A stretch of 64,000 nt of DNA from Octopus sinensis (lineage: Eukaryota): positions 23,560,001-23,624,000 of the forward strand of contig NC_043002.1 of assembly GCF_006345805.1 (NCBI RefSeq), written 5' to 3'. The translations under genes and the position numbers were made by a program. The notes beneath the pieces were generated by a model. The model was given only the letters and a program-made list of their open reading frames with translations, made no database searches and had not been told where the DNA came from. Position 1 is the stretch's first letter. Each line of letters begins with the position of its first letter. This document shows positions 61,331 through 64,000 of the stretch, in pieces.

Positions 61331-64000
61331 ACTTTTGATGTTTTATACATAAATGCACACACACACACACACATAGATATGGTTAGAGAAATTGCATAAA
61401 AAAAGGCAGGGAGAAGCGGCGGCGGCAATAAATAACTAGAAGGGAGGAAATACTAAGGTGGGAGAAGACAACCAAAAGTGGCTTAAGAGGAAGAAAATAA
61501 ACCTAAAGAGAAGGGAAAGGAAATATAGTGGAAGACGGGTTATGGGAAAAGTATTGTGATGGCAGGAGAGACATGAGTGTTAGAAAGAGAAGACGACAGA
61601 AACGAGAGCAGAGCTGAAGTTGTAAGAGAGTGTGATGGAAGAAGTGGAATGAGGAAGGGGAGGCGATAGCGAGTGTAACGTCCTCCATTGTGTGTGTTTG
61701 ATACACGTGAGTCGTGTGTGTAAAGCCATGAGTAGGCGCGTGTTAATTCTTGAGTTGTGTGTGTAAATTTTAAGGCTGTATGTGTTCAACTTTCGTATAT
61801 AGGATTTCGTTTACGATTCGAAGGAGTGGAAGCGAGAATATTAAGTAGTATCAAGTCTATGTAGACAAAGAACAACGGGTAGTGGAGTAGTTTAGTTAGT
61901 TTTTGTATTGCCAGATTTTCTTGTTTGGGATGAGTCATATTTAACAAAGCCAATAAACACTCAACGGTTGTGGCTTGTCTGTATTTCACTTCTCTTTCCA
62001 AAAATGCGAAATGAAATAGAATGACTTCCCAACTAAAGCAATGTTGGTTTCAATACACGATTAAAGATGAAAATTCTTTCGAAACAAATTCAAAACTTTT
62101 GAACGATTCTTCTTGTGAAATCTTGTGGGTTATTTTATTCCCCAGTAAGAAACACAGCGGTTCTATTTCACTTATTACTTAGTCAACCAATTAACTCGTC
62201 GATGACCTAATTAATAGATATGTTAATTGGCCAACTAGTTAGCTAATAGTCGTAAAAAGAAATGGAATACAACCACTCCATGCGTTTCATATTGAGAAAA
62301 TGATCCCAAATTTAGGTAATAGTGGCGATGTAGTGGTAGGGAAGTCAGTGATTGCGACGGCAAAAAGTAACAGAATTTAGTGGTTCGAACAGTGAAATAT
62401 GCTAGGAAGTAGACAGGGCCAACGTTTCGGATGCTTATCCGTTTTCGTTACCATCATCATCGTTGAAGAGAGAGGGGGAAGAGAGCAGTCTTTAATATTA
62501 GGATACAAAAATGCGGACAATAGTGGTGTATCGGTTTAACCCCAGGTCATCATTGATTCGACAGACCAATGATCAAATGCATTCCAGTCATAACCGTCCC
62601 ATCTTTTAGGGTTAATTTCTTTAAGCAACAGCAACGTAGAGTTATGTAGGACTTACATTATTTGAAAGGTTGGATTACTAATATTATAGATTACAGAACT
62701 AAAGATGCAACAATTAATAAGAAAAAAACTCAAGTTAAAGATAAATGGAGGATTATCGAGCGGACTATCCCTTACTATAAGAGTTGGTGGATACAGATAC
62801 TATCTAATGCGCCCTTCCTCTTGAGTAGGAAGGGTGGGATTTAAGATACATTTCTCAACTACGTAGAGCCATGCCCACTCATCTGCCCTCATTGACTCGT
62901 AGTAGTGGGCACTTATTTGCTTTTTTCCGCCACTCGGCTGCCTCCATGTGCATTGTCCTAAATTCACACGATTACAACGAATGCGTTTACACATCAAGCT
63001 ATGACAATGTCAAGCAGGCAACTGCTCTAGTCCTAGCGTCCCCCAAATCCCACTCTCATCGGTATTTGTCTTATTTTTCAAACGCCATTGTCACGAACGG
63101 GTGTTTGCCTCACTTCTTAAACACCATTGACTAAAATAATTGCCAAGCTCCCTAAACACCAATATCTCGAAAATGGTCTTTGCGTAAGCTGTCTTAGTAC
63201 CATTGTTTAAATAAACTGACTGATTGCCTAGCGCCCTAAATATCTGTCTAAAAAAAACTCTAATCCTAAATTAGGATGTTCATCTACAAGATCGAACACC
63301 CAACCCTAAATTGGAGAAAGGATGGGAAGACGACTAAGAGCGGTAAAAATATTGACGGTGGTAGTAGTAGTAAGTGGTGGTGGGAGAAGGAGTATTCAGA
63401 GTGGTGGTAGTGGGGTGGTGCTATTTCTGTATTCATTGATTGTAGTTGAAGCAACGCATGTTTTGGGAGAAGTTATAGTAAAAAACAGAAGCAAAAGATG
63501 GATGGTGAGAACAAAAAATGGGAGAGAGAGAGGAAATGGTAGCGGGAAGAGGAAGAGGAGGAGAGGCTGGTTAACAAGGACAACAGATGACGTCATGCCT
63601 ATCTTAGTTCCTTTTATTAAATTCCAATTTAGAAATTCATTTAAATTTTTCAAGCACAAAATCACAATAAATTTAAGTATCTAAACAAAGCTGAGAATAA
63701 TATATTTATGGCTGTAACAAAAGTTACGAATTGCTACAGGACTTCAAGTACCCTTGTGGTGCTTATAACTGAAAAAAAAAAAAAAAAATAAATGAAACCC
63801 CCAGAAAATTGCTTTATAAAAAGAAATGATAATTACTCTAATTATAATAGCCGTATATCTGTTTATAAATGCCGTACAAATTATTAACTCACACAGATAA
63901 TTATTTATTACATGGTTCCATAGATGACTGGGAATTAATAGCTTCTGGTTTGAAGTGAAACGAGTCTATTGTGCTGTAATTCATGGTTTTCATTATTTAT

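Overview
AT-rich, microsatellite-dense animal genomic DNA. The repeat families resemble those of octopod cephalopods, but this is an inference from memory of similar sequence, not a database hit. One gene is firmly supported: an intronless hnRNP A1/A2-like CDS (two RRMs plus a Gly-rich tail, 36346-37221, minus strand) inside a largely repeat-free zone at about 31.7-38.4 kb. That zone also contains promoter-like motifs (CCAAT, YY1-like, NRF1). Most of the rest is transposon debris. Retroelements include RTE, CR1-like and L1/Tx1-like LINE fragments, at least three tRNA-derived SINE families, and three Penelope-like remnants. DNA elements include Tc1/mariner remnants, two short Helitrons, piggyBac-like MITEs and a tandem-duplicated Merlin (IS1595-like) transposase fragment. 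Several short foldback palindromes and hammerhead-ribozyme-like motifs sit in or beside (TA)n tracts. A few isolated minus-strand exon candidates (39.8-50 kb, 28.8-34.2 kb) hint at one or two further genes that I cannot identify. No rRNA, intact tRNA or CRISPR array was seen. Repeat boundaries were read by eye and are approximate unless TIR/TSD coordinates are given.
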